Shown piece by piece: positions 1 to 10,263 of a DNA stretch of 64,000 bases. Made by a program: the position numbers and the translations under genes. A model generated the notes under the pieces. That model did no database searches, was not told the origin of the DNA, and was given only the letters and a program-made list of their open reading frames with translations. The first letter of the stretch is position 1; the number at the start of each line of letters is the position of its first letter. Origin of the DNA: Candidatus Bathyarchaeota archaeon (lineage in GTDB: Archaea > Thermoproteota > Bathyarchaeia > Bathyarchaeales > Bathycorpusculaceae); the NCBI GenBank assembly GCA_963827165.1, contig CAWGZR010000003.1, positions 1 through 64,000 of the forward strand, given 5' to 3'.

Positions 1-555
1 GCGGGACAATACTACTTGGGAACATTCCTCGAAATCAACAACATCGAGGCAAATCAAGTAACTATTGTCAACATTGCTCAATCCCAACAACCAACCGCCC
101 TTGCAAATGGCACCGTAGATGCAGTAATAACTTTCCAGCCATTTATCAGCCAAATCAAAACTTAACAAATAAAATTGTAATGTGGCCAGCACAATCCAAT
201 CAACTTCTTTATCTAGACGCAATTTGCACAACCACATGGTCAACTGCACATCCAGACCTAATTGTGCGGTTCTTGAAAGCTATGGTTCAAGCTCAAAATT
301 TCAAATAACCAGAAAAATGCGATGACTATAGTCGCAAACAAACTAAACTACACAAGTTCATAATGGCAACAGTGTGGCCTGATTTCCAGTTTACTATCAC
401 TTGACCAGTCACAAATTGTAGCAATGCAAAATGAAGCACAATGGACAATAAGCAACAACCTTACCAGCGCAACCCAAGTTCCCAACTTCATTGAGTACGT
501 GTACACTAACGGTCTAAAAACGGTAGACCCTAGCCACTTAAACGTCATCGGATGA
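1..555 (+). pseudogene. ABC transporter substrate-binding protein (NMT1/SsuA-like), 5'-partial, frameshifted
   Basis: Manual translation across frames: ...ALANGTVDAVITFQPF / AHPDLIVRFLKAMVQAQ / SLDQSQIVAMQNEAQW...PNFIEYVYTNGLKTVDP...NVIG*. Confidence 0.6.
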
Positions 556-566
556 GGCACACAAAA

Positions 567-2010
567 ATGCGAATACGAAGTCAATATATCCTCAGCATTG
601 TTGTTTTCGGCATCATCTTGGCAATTATTTCGGTCTCAGTAGTAATCACAAATCAACAAGTAACACAAATTAATAATCAGGCGAAACCGCAGGGAATATT
701 CAGACTGGCGCTAGCATCCTTGCCTACATTTCAAATGACTATTTCCTCAACAAGCAAAATACTCAGGTGGCACTTTGGCAAACCCAGTTTTCAACTATTT
801 CGAATGAAATTTCTCAACTGAACTCTAACAATCCGGAACAAGAAACACAAATAAAAATTGTTAACAATGATTTGCAGAATTTGGGTTCAATATTTAATTA
901 TTCAGTGGCGTATGTGGAGAACATTCCGTCGAATCAGAGTGGTGTGGTTCATCCGATCTTAAAGCTGGATACTAATAATTTGGATGTGCAAAATCAGGCG
1001 CTTGCTTTCGACGCTTCCGTTTTATCAGCTTCGTTCAATAGTCAAGCTAACCAAGTTAAGCAAACAAATACTCTTCTTATTTTTGGTCTGTTAGGTGCAT
1101 TTGCCGCTTATTTCATAGCAGTTTATTTCATTTTTTATAGACAAACCTTCAGGTCAATAGCAAAACTTCAGGACGGAACAAGAATTGTTGGTTCAGGTAA
1201 TCTGGATTACTCCGTTATCCCAGAGAGCAATGATGAAATTGGGGAATTATCCAAAGCTTTCAACCAAATGACCTCTAACCTAAAGACTGCTAACAAACAG
1301 TTGAAAGATCTGAAAGGCTGCTTATTGGTGCTACTGCAGGCATGGTTGGACATGATATTCGCAATCCGTTGCAAGCTATAACGGGCGATTTGTATTTAGT
1401 GAAGACGGAGTTGGCAGAGCTTCCGATCACGAGAAAAAGCGAAATGCGATAGAAAGTTTGGATGAAATTCAAAGCAATATTGATTACATAAACAAGATAG
1501 TGGCGGATCTGCAGGACTATGCTAGACCGCTTAATCCACGTGCCCAAGAAACCAACATAAAATCAGTATTCAATGAAATATTAGTAAAGAACGGGATTCC
1601 CAAAAACATTAAAGTAACGGTTGAAGTAGAGGATAAAGCAGAAAGAATAATGGCTGACCCAGATTATCTCAAGCGAATTGTCTCCAACTTAACTTTAAAT
1701 GCAGTCCAGGCAATGCCTAACGGAGGCAAACTAACTATTCGTGCATTTGCTGATAAGCAGACTAATGATGTTTTAATAACTGTAAAAGACACGGGAGTTG
1801 GTATCCCCGAGGACGTCAAGCCTAAGCTGTTTACGCCTATGATGACGACTAAATCTAAAGGTCAAGGTTTCGGTTTAGCAGTGGTTAAACGCATGACTGA
1901 AGGTTTAGGCGGAACAGTAACCTTTGAAAGCCAGAAGGAAAGGGCACAACTTTCATAGTGCGTTGCCCCCCCCCCAAGAGCTAAACGGTAAATGGACCTA
2001 CAAGCAAATA
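567..2010 (+). pseudogene. Membrane sensor histidine kinase (TM-HAMP-HisKA-HATPase), split by several frameshifts
   Basis: HAMP (GNLDYSV..SNDEIGELSKAFNQM), H-box GHDIRNPLQAI in a shifted frame at about 1345-1380, N/G1/F/G2 boxes (NAVQAM, DTGVGI, GQGFGLAVV) in ORF 1458-1958. Confidence 0.8.
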
Positions 2011-2353
2011 AATGATATTTAAAAATTGTTTGTTACGGCTTTGAAATTATACAATAGCCTTTTTCTTTGTTCTCTTCTATCGATAGTTTTCTTTCCGCAA
2101 TAAATCGCCTTAATGCTTGAATATCACAATCTCCCTTTTAGGATGAGATCAAATTTTCCATGCTTATTTGGCTTAAGGTCAACCAAAGAAGGTAGGGCTA
2201 AATTAAAAACTATCAATTCCTTTAATAATGCTACCGCTTCCGACCTTTCCAAGCGTACGTCCCCTTAAACACCTTAGCGGCTGTTAGGCATATATGGTTT
2301 GCGAAAGACTCTTAACAATATTAGTTATCTACCCAAGAAGGACCAAAACCTAA

Positions 2354-2477
2354 AATCGGTAATCTTTTAAGTAAGATGCTATATCTTCTGCGCTGAAATT
2401 TGGCGGGGGAGCACTTGCTCGAGGCTATTCTGAGTTCGACCCCTTCATCCAAAAGGTGTGGTGCGGGGCTTAGCATG
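2354..2477 (+). repeat. ~125-bp dispersed repeat, copy 1 (promoter plus structured leader-like)
   Basis: Aligns to 21222-21346 (shared AGATGCTATATCTTCTGCGCT, GCGGGGGAGC, CTGAGTTCG, TTCATCCAAAAG, TTAGCATG). Confidence 0.85.
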
Positions 2478-2699
2478 ACGCATAAACGAGGAAACAGACG
2501 TTCGTCTAAATCCTATGAGCTTAGAGAACAATTGCACAATGCACATAGGTTTGTTACCGGTGAAGCTTTTCGTGATAAACTAATCAGTGAAACGGTTTGT
2601 TTGACCCAACCATAAATGATGAGGTTGTTCAGCATTTGGCAGCAACATTCAAGCAAACCGCTCCCGAAGCAGTGCCTGAAGGCACCCTAAGAAAACTTC

Positions 2700-3085
2700 C
2701 GAAACTACGGAAAACGCATCTTCTCAAAAACAAACATGGAGATTGATACTTTCAGAGACAACTACGCGGAACAAAGAGACCGCACAGCAGAAAAAATCCA
2801 AAACCCCCGCCTAAGCAAAATAATGTTCAAGACAATGCGAACTTGGAAAGCAACCATGGAGTACCACCGGACAAAAGACGTCCTTTACGTTAAGCAGCTC
2901 TTAGGCCACAAAAGAATTAAAAATACATTGATTTACATACAGCTCAAGAAGCCCTATTCGCCGACCAAACAGACTTTGTTTCAAAGGTAGCTAAAACGGG
3001 GAAAGAAGCCTGCGAACTAATCGAGGCAGGATTCAAATTTGTCTGCGACTTTGAAGGACATAAACTATTCAGGAAGAGAAAATAA
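2700..3085 (+). pseudogene. Tyrosine recombinase/integrase C-terminal remnant
   Basis: NPRLSKIMFKTMRTWKATMEYHRTKDVLYVKQLLGHKRIKNTLIY; frameshifted tail KVAKTGKEACELIEAGFKFVCDFEGHKLFRKRK*. Confidence 0.8.
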
Positions 3086-3152
3086 ATGAAAAAACAACTG
3101 AAACAGGCCTTCAACATCGCCAGCACAAACCCCCAGTGCTTTTACTTATATA

Positions 3153-3176
3153 TGGTGCCGGGGGTGGGACTTGAAC
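3153..3176 (-). other. tRNA 3'-end fragment (att-like site)
   Basis: Reverse complement GTTCAAGTCCCACCCCCGGCACCA = T-loop, 3' T-stem, acceptor strand and CCA; no 5' half; about 70 bp downstream of the integrase remnant. Confidence 0.8.
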
Positions 3177-3600
3177 TTTAAGTTCAGTTCTCCACCGCTT
3201 TTGATTTGACATGAGGTCTTTGTTGGCATATTTGACTCGCTCGTTATTTGTTTAGGCTCCAGTTGAGCAACGTTGCTTATAAAACATCGCTCGATTATGA
3301 GATTTCTGCCGATTAATGAAAAGAGGTCGAGGTGGGTTAGCTCTCGCCATCTTGGACACGTCACCCGTAATTTTTACCTTTTTTTCAAATCTATAATTGT
3401 TCCTGCAAAGTTTCCAACAGTTCAACCGCATCTTAGTTGTACTTTCTGCAATGGAAAACAAGCAACAAAAGCTGTTTGAAAGCCTAAGAAAGAATGAAGT
3501 TATGAGATTATTCGAGCAGTCATTAAAATATCAAGTTTTCAAATAAAGAAACAAAGCAATATTCTTAAGTGTAATCTTGAGAAACGCTTATCGATGTTAA

Positions 3601-4176
3601 ATGGCAATTTCTAATGAATGGTGTGTAGCCGTTTTCAAATGCAGCCCTGACTCGGTGAAAAAGGTTCTTGTTGAAGTCTACAGGTTTGCTGATGACTTAA
3701 AAGGTGTGCGAAGTCTGCATTTCTTAGTCAGAGATAGAGTTGAAGATGAGGTTGTTTTCAGTTTCAGAGTAATGGTTGAACCAAAATTCAAAGAAATGGT
3801 CAAAACTAAATTAGCCTACAAACTGGGGACATTACTATCCAAAGATAAGTATGTCATTGACCCAGCTGCAGGAAACGGTCTTGAGCAGTATGTTGCTTGG
3901 TTGCCTGAAAAGAAAATTGCGGATTTTGGACAAAGCAAGTTTAACCAGTTCATTGATCTTCTCAAAAACATGAGCGCAATTGTCGTTCAAATGATTGAGA
4001 ATGACTATTTTGCTTCTAATGAAAGAGTTGAACTAGCACACTTCATGTCTTGGATGCTTGGCTGCACAGAGTATGGACTGCTTAGTACCTCTGGAATGGA
4101 AATTGGGTACTATGACCGCTTAGACGACAAGTATTGTTCATATTTGAGACAGGACTTCCCAAAACCAAGTGTATAG
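3601..4176 (+). CDS. Hypothetical protein
   Basis: 191-aa ORF with TATA-like upstream sequence; its 5' end is duplicated at 55572-55642. Confidence 0.7.
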   Translation: MAISNEWCVAVFKCSPDSVKKVLVEVYRFADDLKGVRSLHFLVRDRVEDEVVFSFRVMVEPKFKEMVKTKLAYKLGTLLSKDKYVIDPAAGNGLEQYVAWLPEKKIADFGQSKFNQFIDLLKNMSAIVVQMIENDYFASNERVELAHFMSWMLGCTEYGLLSTSGMEIGYYDRLDDKYCSYLRQDFPKPSV

Positions 4177-4354
4177 TTCCGTGAATCCACGAACGATATT
4201 CTGGTTTGTTGAGCGATTGCTGACACGAAACCGCAACTTTATTCAAATACTATTGTAAAATATTTACTTAAAAGTAGGCGCGTCCAGAGAGATGAATCCA
4301 CCCGTGGAAACAACATAGTCAGTCATACGCATCTTTTTTGGAGTAGTTGAAGTC

Positions 4355-4621
4355 TCAAGTCTCTGATCGGGAGTGTTCATCTTGCGGTTTCTGTGCTGCG
4401 CGTTCTGGAAGTTGCGAGTAGTTGCCATCAGCGGTTCTGTAAGCAGCCAACCTTCCAACTGTCTCCCAAACGTCTCCGTTGAGACGACGTATCTGCACGG
4501 TGATTACCTCCGCGTTTGGATCAGATTTTCCTGCCCAGACAGTTAAGCTCAAGAAGTCCCCGTTATCCAGTCGGTTTCTAAAGCTAACTTTAGGATGCGA
4601 AGGAACAGACATAGAACTCAC
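4355..4621 (-). CDS. Small hypothetical protein (beta-rich)
   Basis: 88-aa ORF, 2 bp from upstream 4624-4860. Confidence 0.6.
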   Translation of the reverse strand: MSSMSVPSHPKVSFRNRLDNGDFLSLTVWAGKSDPNAEVITVQIRRLNGDVWETVGRLAAYRTADGNYSQLPERAAQKPQDEHSRSET

Positions 4622-4623
4622 AC

Positions 4624-4860
4624 TTACCTCTTCTTCTTTCCTTTACCAACGGTTTTAGCCACGTCTTCCATAACGCCTTCATTCACTGCCATGGTAAACA
4701 CGTTATTCATGAAGGGAAATATGAAAGAACAAAGCCGCTGACGCTCCTCTGCGGATAACGTTGGGAACTGGCGCTCCACTTCAACCCACACCGCCCTGTA
4801 CATACCAACTATTTCTCTAGCCATCGTGTTCCACTCTTCCAAACCTTCATCATCACCCAT
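4624..4860 (-). CDS. Small hypothetical protein
   Basis: 78-aa ORF with RBS-like GGATGATG; operon-like with 4355-4621. Confidence 0.55.
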   Translation of the reverse strand: MGDDEGLEEWNTMAREIVGMYRAVWVEVERQFPTLSAEERQRLCSFIFPFMNNVFTMAVNEGVMEDVAKTVGKGKKKR

Positions 4861-5050
4861 ACTGCATCATCCTAACCGACGTTACAGGGTTTATGTTTTT
4901 ATTTTTTGCTATAATCTCTCAAGAACTCTGCAGAGGAAGCGTTGCAGAAATAACCTTACCCATAGTTCATATTGAGTTTATTTTTCGTTAAATGAAGCAA
5001 TTAAAACATATAATGCTCTGCCATTATTGTGATAAGTTGATGCATCACGA

Positions 5051-7414
5051 ATGGCGGCGCTAGCAGGAATTCCTGACAAAATCCTCAAGGAAACAGAGGA
5101 AACCCAAAAAATCATTAATGACATAAAGAACAGTGGCACTTACCTCATTTATTCTAACAAAAAGAGTGTTATCTCAAAAATAGAAGAGATCCAGAAAGAA
5201 ATAGAAACCTATTCTATTAGACAAGTTTTAAAAGCCGATTTTGTTAGCAAAACAAAAGATAATCTCAACGAGTGCAAAAAACTGATTTTAAGCTACAACC
5301 AAAATTTTATTCAGCAAAGAAAAAAAGACTATAGCTATCTTTGGAACAAAGGCAACATTTTGCTTGACGATGAACAAATAACAGCAATAGTTACGGATGA
5401 TAAGTATAATCTCGTAGTTGCTGCGGCAGGTTCAGGCAAGACAGAAGTGCTCATAACTAGAATCGCTTATTTGATACAGCGAAAACCCGACTTTGTTGAG
5501 CCTAATCGAATTTTGGCATTAGCGTACCAGAGAAAAGCAAGAGAACAAATCAATCAGAGATTACAGGAACGATATGGAATAGACGACGTTTGTGTTAGAA
5601 CGTTTCACAAATTAGGAAAAGATATCCTTGAAAAATCAGGGAGAAGAATAGATAGAGCAGATATCGTTGATGAGAACAAAAAATATGGATTCGTAAAAAG
5701 TTTTTTTGAAGAAAAAATGGTTACCAACCGTGAGTTCTACAGATTATTTATTCGCTATATCACAACAGTAAATGATAAGGATGACGAACCCGCCACTGCG
5801 GATAAGAATGCAGTTCTTACCCATGCTAAAGAACGGAGCTATGTTTCGATTGACGGTACTAAAGTCAACAGCAAAGCAGAAAAAGAGATTATGGATTTCC
5901 TGCTTACCCATAAAATCAACGGAGACACTATTCGCGTCAGATACGAAACTGATGTTGGCGGGTTTAAACCTGATTTCTATCTGTCACAATATGAACTTTT
6001 CATTGAGCATTGGGGAATCAACAAGGACGGCGAAGTGCCAGCATGGTTCAGCCAATCCAGTCAGGAATATAGGGATTTGATGGAGACGAAAAAGAGATGG
6101 TTTGCTGAAAACGATCAATTGCTTGTTGAAACCTTTGCGTATGAATACAATATCAACGAACCTGAAGAGTTCACCGATCAACTGAAATATCGAATCCAAA
6201 AAACTCTTGAAAACAGGTTTCCCAAAAAGAAATTTGAGTTTTCTCCCTTAACCTACGAGGAGATTTTAGACCTTGTATGGGCATCTCAGAAAACTCCCAT
6301 TGATGATATACAAAGCTTCATTACAATAGCGAAAACCTACGATTTGAATCCAGATAAAATTGCAGAAAAATTGGCTAAGGGCAAATGGAATAGTAAACAA
6401 TTAGCTTTCGGGAGACTTGCCTTGGAGGTTTTTCGTGCGTACCAATCACAGTTGGAAAAATTAGAAAAAACAGATTTTGAAGATATGATTAACGAGGCAA
6501 ATACAGCTTTAGATAATAATAAGAGTCTATACGAAAATGTTTATGACCATATTCTGGTAGATGAATATCAAGATATCAGTGCTCAAAGACTAAACCTCCT
6601 AAAGAAGCTGCTTGATAGAAACCCAAACTGCAAGCTCTTTTGTGTTGGAGACGATTGGCAAAGCATCATGAGTTTTTCAGGCTCCAACCTAAACTACTTT
6701 GTAAACTTTGACAGATACTTCCAGAATCCTGCCATTACCAAAATTTGTACTAATTACCGTAGCATCAAATCCATTGTTGATGCAGGAGCGGCTGTAATAA
6801 AGAACAATGGAAAGTCGCAAGTGCAAAAAGAAGCATCATCAAGCCGTAAGGAAACTAAGCCCATCTTTATTCTTAGTTCCCCGCACAAGACAGGCTTCGA
6901 TGAGCTCTATTATGAACAGACTGCTGGAGATTGTCTTAGACGTATAAATGAGTATTTATCGAAGGGATATGACCCCAATGAAATTCTCGTTCTTACCCGA
7001 TTTATGCGGACGAAAATTCGAGGCAGACGCAAGTTTTTTAAAATTGTTCAAACATTCTCAGAACTTGCATTAAATTGTAACGCCCGAACAGCGATTGACA
7101 ACGCTAAAGAATCGGGTGCTGTTAAGCTACTCACAGTGCATAAGTGTAAGGGGTTGGAAGCTAAGGTCGTTTTCATTTTGAACGTTGTTAAGGGAGCATT
7201 TGGCTTTCCCAGCGAAATCGAAGACCCATCAATACTTGAAGTAGCGCGGGAAGACAATGGAGTACCAGACCAAAAAGAAGAAGAAAGAAGATTGTTCTAT
7301 GTCGCTATTACGCGTGCAAAAGAGGACCTCTACATTTATACTCGACAGCAAGAAAAATCTGAGTTCTTAAACGAACTAACTGGCTACACAAATGAAATTC
7401 GACTGAACTACTGA
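5051..7414 (+). CDS. UvrD/REP-family helicase (helicase IV-like) with inserted PD-(D/E)XK-like segment
   Basis: AAAGSGKT, LVDEYQD, VGDDWQSI, TNYRS, LTVHKCKGLE, EERRLFYVAITRAK; insert SKAEKEIMDFL...KPDFYL...IEHWG. Confidence 0.9.
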   Translation: MAALAGIPDKILKETEETQKIINDIKNSGTYLIYSNKKSVISKIEEIQKEIETYSIRQVLKADFVSKTKDNLNECKKLILSYNQNFIQQRKKDYSYLWNKGNILLDDEQITAIVTDDKYNLVVAAAGSGKTEVLITRIAYLIQRKPDFVEPNRILALAYQRKAREQINQRLQERYGIDDVCVRTFHKLGKDILEKSGRRIDRADIVDENKKYGFVKSFFEEKMVTNREFYRLFIRYITTVNDKDDEPATADKNAVLTHAKERSYVSIDGTKVNSKAEKEIMDFLLTHKINGDTIRVRYETDVGGFKPDFYLSQYELFIEHWGINKDGEVPAWFSQSSQEYRDLMETKKRWFAENDQLLVETFAYEYNINEPEEFTDQLKYRIQKTLENRFPKKKFEFSPLTYEEILDLVWASQKTPIDDIQSFITIAKTYDLNPDKIAEKLAKGKWNSKQLAFGRLALEVFRAYQSQLEKLEKTDFEDMINEANTALDNNKSLYENVYDHILVDEYQDISAQRLNLLKKLLDRNPNCKLFCVGDDWQSIMSFSGSNLNYFVNFDRYFQNPAITKICTNYRSIKSIVDAGAAVIKNNGKSQVQKEASSSRKETKPIFILSSPHKTGFDELYYEQTAGDCLRRINEYLSKGYDPNEILVLTRFMRTKIRGRRKFFKIVQTFSELALNCNARTAIDNAKESGAVKLLTVHKCKGLEAKVVFILNVVKGAFGFPSEIEDPSILEVAREDNGVPDQKEEERRLFYVAITRAKEDLYIYTRQQEKSEFLNELTGYTNEIRLNY

Positions 7415-7901
7415 TATACCTTATTTGGTTTCGGCCGAAATCACGGAAAAGCGTGGAAAAGTGGCCGAGGTGAGGTAGCTCACTACGAAAGGGAGCTCCC
7501 GACAAGCGGACCCTCTTTTTTTATCCATTAGTCTACGATTCAGGCATTCATTTCTTTTTAGTTTTTCTTACCAAACAGCTAGGAAAGTTCACGCCATGGC
7601 AAAGTTAGGTAAGATAGTGAACAAGCTTTGGCATTTTCGATTGATTGATTTTGACAAACAGAAGAGAGAAGTTGAAAACAAGATTGATATCGCGTGATTG
7701 TGACGGATGCGACCGGCAGCAGTCCTGCATTAAACGCTACCGCAGAGTAGGCCAAGGGTGTGCTTGGGAAACTTCAATCTAAAAACAAAGCCAACGCTTT
7801 ACCTTTTTGCCATTTGCATCTTTGAAAAAAACCTCTTCCTTCAAGAACAAAGGATTATAGATTTGGTGATAAACTGAAAAAAGTACATATTCGCTCGGAG
7901 G

Positions 7902-7928
7902 TGGCGGGCCCGCTGGGTCCCGAACCCA
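7902..7928 (-). other. Decayed tRNA 3'-end fragment (att-like), Arg/Lys-type acceptor
   Basis: Reverse complement TGGGTTCGGGACCCAGCGGGCCCGCCA; related copy at 25095-25120. Confidence 0.65.
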
Positions 7929-8123
7929 AAGTCTGGTGGGGCCTTTTCAATCCTCTTAGTTTAGTCTTCCCTTCATTGTTTCCCCCGTGTTCAAAGCCCA
8001 CTCTCCGCACTTTGCTTCGGTGTTCCACTGCTCCCCTACTTGAAACATACTGATACGAAATTAAGTTAAAGTTTACGCCCCAAACAGAACTGGTCAACAC
8101 TCTGATATTTCTCTCTTTTCTGA

Positions 8124-8642
8124 TCATCTCCGCGCGCTCTTAATGAAGAAAATAACTCGGCTCGCAACTGAAGCTGAAGCAGATATCACTATGCCGACGG
8201 TTACTATGTCATAAAATAGCTGCCCTGAAATTATAAACCTCAGACCTGCAGCCCCGTATAGAAGGCTTCCGAAATATTTTCCTACTGGGTCGTAGATTTC
8301 TTCTGCGTAGAAACTAGTTACGATAAACTGACCAAAAATCACCGCTAATACGATTAAGACCCAGATGGGACAAAAACCCTTCAGCATCCAAGCGACAAAC
8401 AGACTGAACACAAAAACGAAATCAGTTGTCACATCAAAGTAAGTTCCTATCTTAGAAGAAACGCCCCATTTTCTAGCCAAAAAACCATCTGCAAAATCTG
8501 TTCCAAGAAGAACAAGGAACAGGCAAGCACCAAAAAACAACGAGCCACTGCTGACTAAAAGAAAAAGAAGCGGAACGCAAGAGAGCCGAAAAGCCGTGAT
8601 CGCAGAAGGAATCTGGCTTTTCGTATTCTTTGGCATTATCAT
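8124..8642 (-). CDS. CDP-alcohol phosphatidyltransferase family protein
   Basis: Motif DFADGFLARKWGVSSKIGTYFDVTTD. Confidence 0.9.
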   Translation of the reverse strand: MIMPKNTKSQIPSAITAFRLSCVPLLFLLVSSGSLFFGACLFLVLLGTDFADGFLARKWGVSSKIGTYFDVTTDFVFVFSLFVAWMLKGFCPIWVLIVLAVIFGQFIVTSFYAEEIYDPVGKYFGSLLYGAAGLRFIISGQLFYDIVTVGIVISASASVASRVIFFIKSARR

Positions 8643-8645
8643 TCA

Positions 8646-9225
8646 TTACGGGGTGATTTTGGTTCCATCGTTTCGAGCAATATCCGTCGCAGATCCGCTC
8701 CCTACGTTAGGCGCCATACTAAAAAGAGTCAAAGACTCTTCAACCGTGCCCCCAGCAGCGAGAACCTTCTGTTTTATGGTTTCCACGCTATTCCCAGGAC
8801 TACCTAAGCCGGTGGCAATTATCACGGTTTCAATTCCTTGCAGATTGCTAAGCCTGCCGACGTAGCGAACCTCAGCCGCTCCAGGACTGCCCCCGTAAAT
8901 CGGAAATCCAAGGACCAAAAGGCTGTAATTCGAGAGATGATATGGAGCCTGCGAACTAGGCAGTGGTAACCTCGACCCTCCACCCAGCTGATGCTAGACC
9001 GTTCGCGAAAGCGTACGAGATATCATGAGGAAAACCTGAAAGACCAGGTTGATATACAACAAGTGCAGTCTTGCTGCCCCCCGCATTGATTACTTCAATC
9101 CCGCTGATCACATCCCTGTTTAACATAACACCGACGTAGGCTAGCGACGCCGCACCTACTACAACTATCGCAAGAAAGACCGATAACACGATCTTCTTCC
9201 ATTTTTTCTGAGGCCAAAGTCTCAA
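8646..9225 (-). pseudogene. Membrane-anchored flavodoxin-like protein, frameshift near 8958
   Basis: N-terminal TM helix, ALVVYQPGLSGF, then LVLGFPIYGGSP in the next frame. Confidence 0.6.
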
Positions 9226-9537
9226 ACTAACACGCCGTCACCAAGTTACAAATCATCTGTTTATAATCCTAACGGCTGCATCACGAAGACCTAATGCAAA
9301 TATTCACTGACTATATTAGGAAACGTGGTTCTCGCAAATATAACAGCGACTCTGGCAGAAAGCAAACTTCAAATTACATAACATATAGGCTGAGCTGATC
9401 CCAGAAAGTGGTTGTAGTGGTTGTCTGATTGTAAAAAGAGTCTCAGCGTGCGTCACCAATTTTAACAGGTTTGGTTTTTAATTAATTTGCTTGCAATGGC
9501 TTAAGAAACACGTGGCTGTAAAAAAGAAAAGAAGGGG

Positions 9538-9896
9538 TTAGAATGGTTTGAATAAACCTACAAACACTAACCAAACCAGAAACGTTTTAGCGACGAAGCT
9601 AAGGATGATGTATTCTCTTTCACCGAACAAGTAGTCTTTCCATTTTCCGACGCCTTTGTACTGCAGAACCTGGTTTACCGCGAAACTCATGAACAGTATC
9701 AGGTAAATTATGAATATTACGTAGACAAAATTTGGTACGCTGTTATCACTGGCTATTATGTCTCCTGTAAAGTAGGCGAAAAGAACAACCCATGGGAAAC
9801 CTCCTGAGATGCGCCTAATATAAAAGCGGACCAGTTTGTCTTCTCGGTTTTCTGGTTTATGAGTTCCATGAGGTAGCCGAACATTATCATCATCGC
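9538..9896 (-). pseudogene. Heliorhodopsin, C-terminal half only, with a frameshift near 9812
   Basis: AMMIMFGYLME...WSAFILG/ISGGFPW...VPNFVY...SFAVNQVLQYKGVGKWKDYLFGEREYIILSFVAKTFLVW (retinal Lys in SxVAK). Confidence 0.85.
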
Positions 9897-10035
9897 GCGC
9901 GAGCGCTAGGCGCAGCTGTTGGCTTTGTATGCCTGTCGCGCGCTGTTGCATTTAAGTGAAAACTAAAATACCATTAGTATATCCAGCAAAAAGTGTAAAG
10001 AAATAAAAGAACATTTAAGGATAAACCTTAACGGT

Positions 10036-10224
10036 TTAGCATTGATTGTGACCGCAACTGCAGCTTTGATTTGACGAGTTGCCGCCGATGTATTTTTGGG
10101 GGTTTGCTTCGAAGGATTTTTTGCATCCTGGAGCGCAGAAATAGTAGTATTTGCCTTGGTAGATTGTTTTGTACTTTGCAGTTTTTTCATCAACTTCCAT
10201 GTTGCATACCAAATCTTTAGCCAT
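10036..10224 (-). CDS. YHS/TRASH-domain metal chaperone
   Basis: KDLVCNMEVD...YQGKYYYFCAPGCKKSFEANPQKY. Confidence 0.9.
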   Translation of the reverse strand: MAKDLVCNMEVDEKTAKYKTIYQGKYYYFCAPGCKKSFEANPQKYIGGNSSNQSCSCGHNQC

Positions 10225-10263
10225 ACTTTTTCACCTCCAAAAACATTGCATGATGTCTTGTAA

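Noticed and set aside
3601-4176. Lantibiotic-dehydratase C-terminal-like domain
   Set aside because: Only a vague HFLVRD...FRV resemblance, with no RiPP genes nearby.
7940-8050. Possible second IS110 non-coding end (shares CCTCTTAGTT and TTAGTCTT with 21395-21440)
   Set aside because: Similarity is short and low-complexity; no guides or IRs found.
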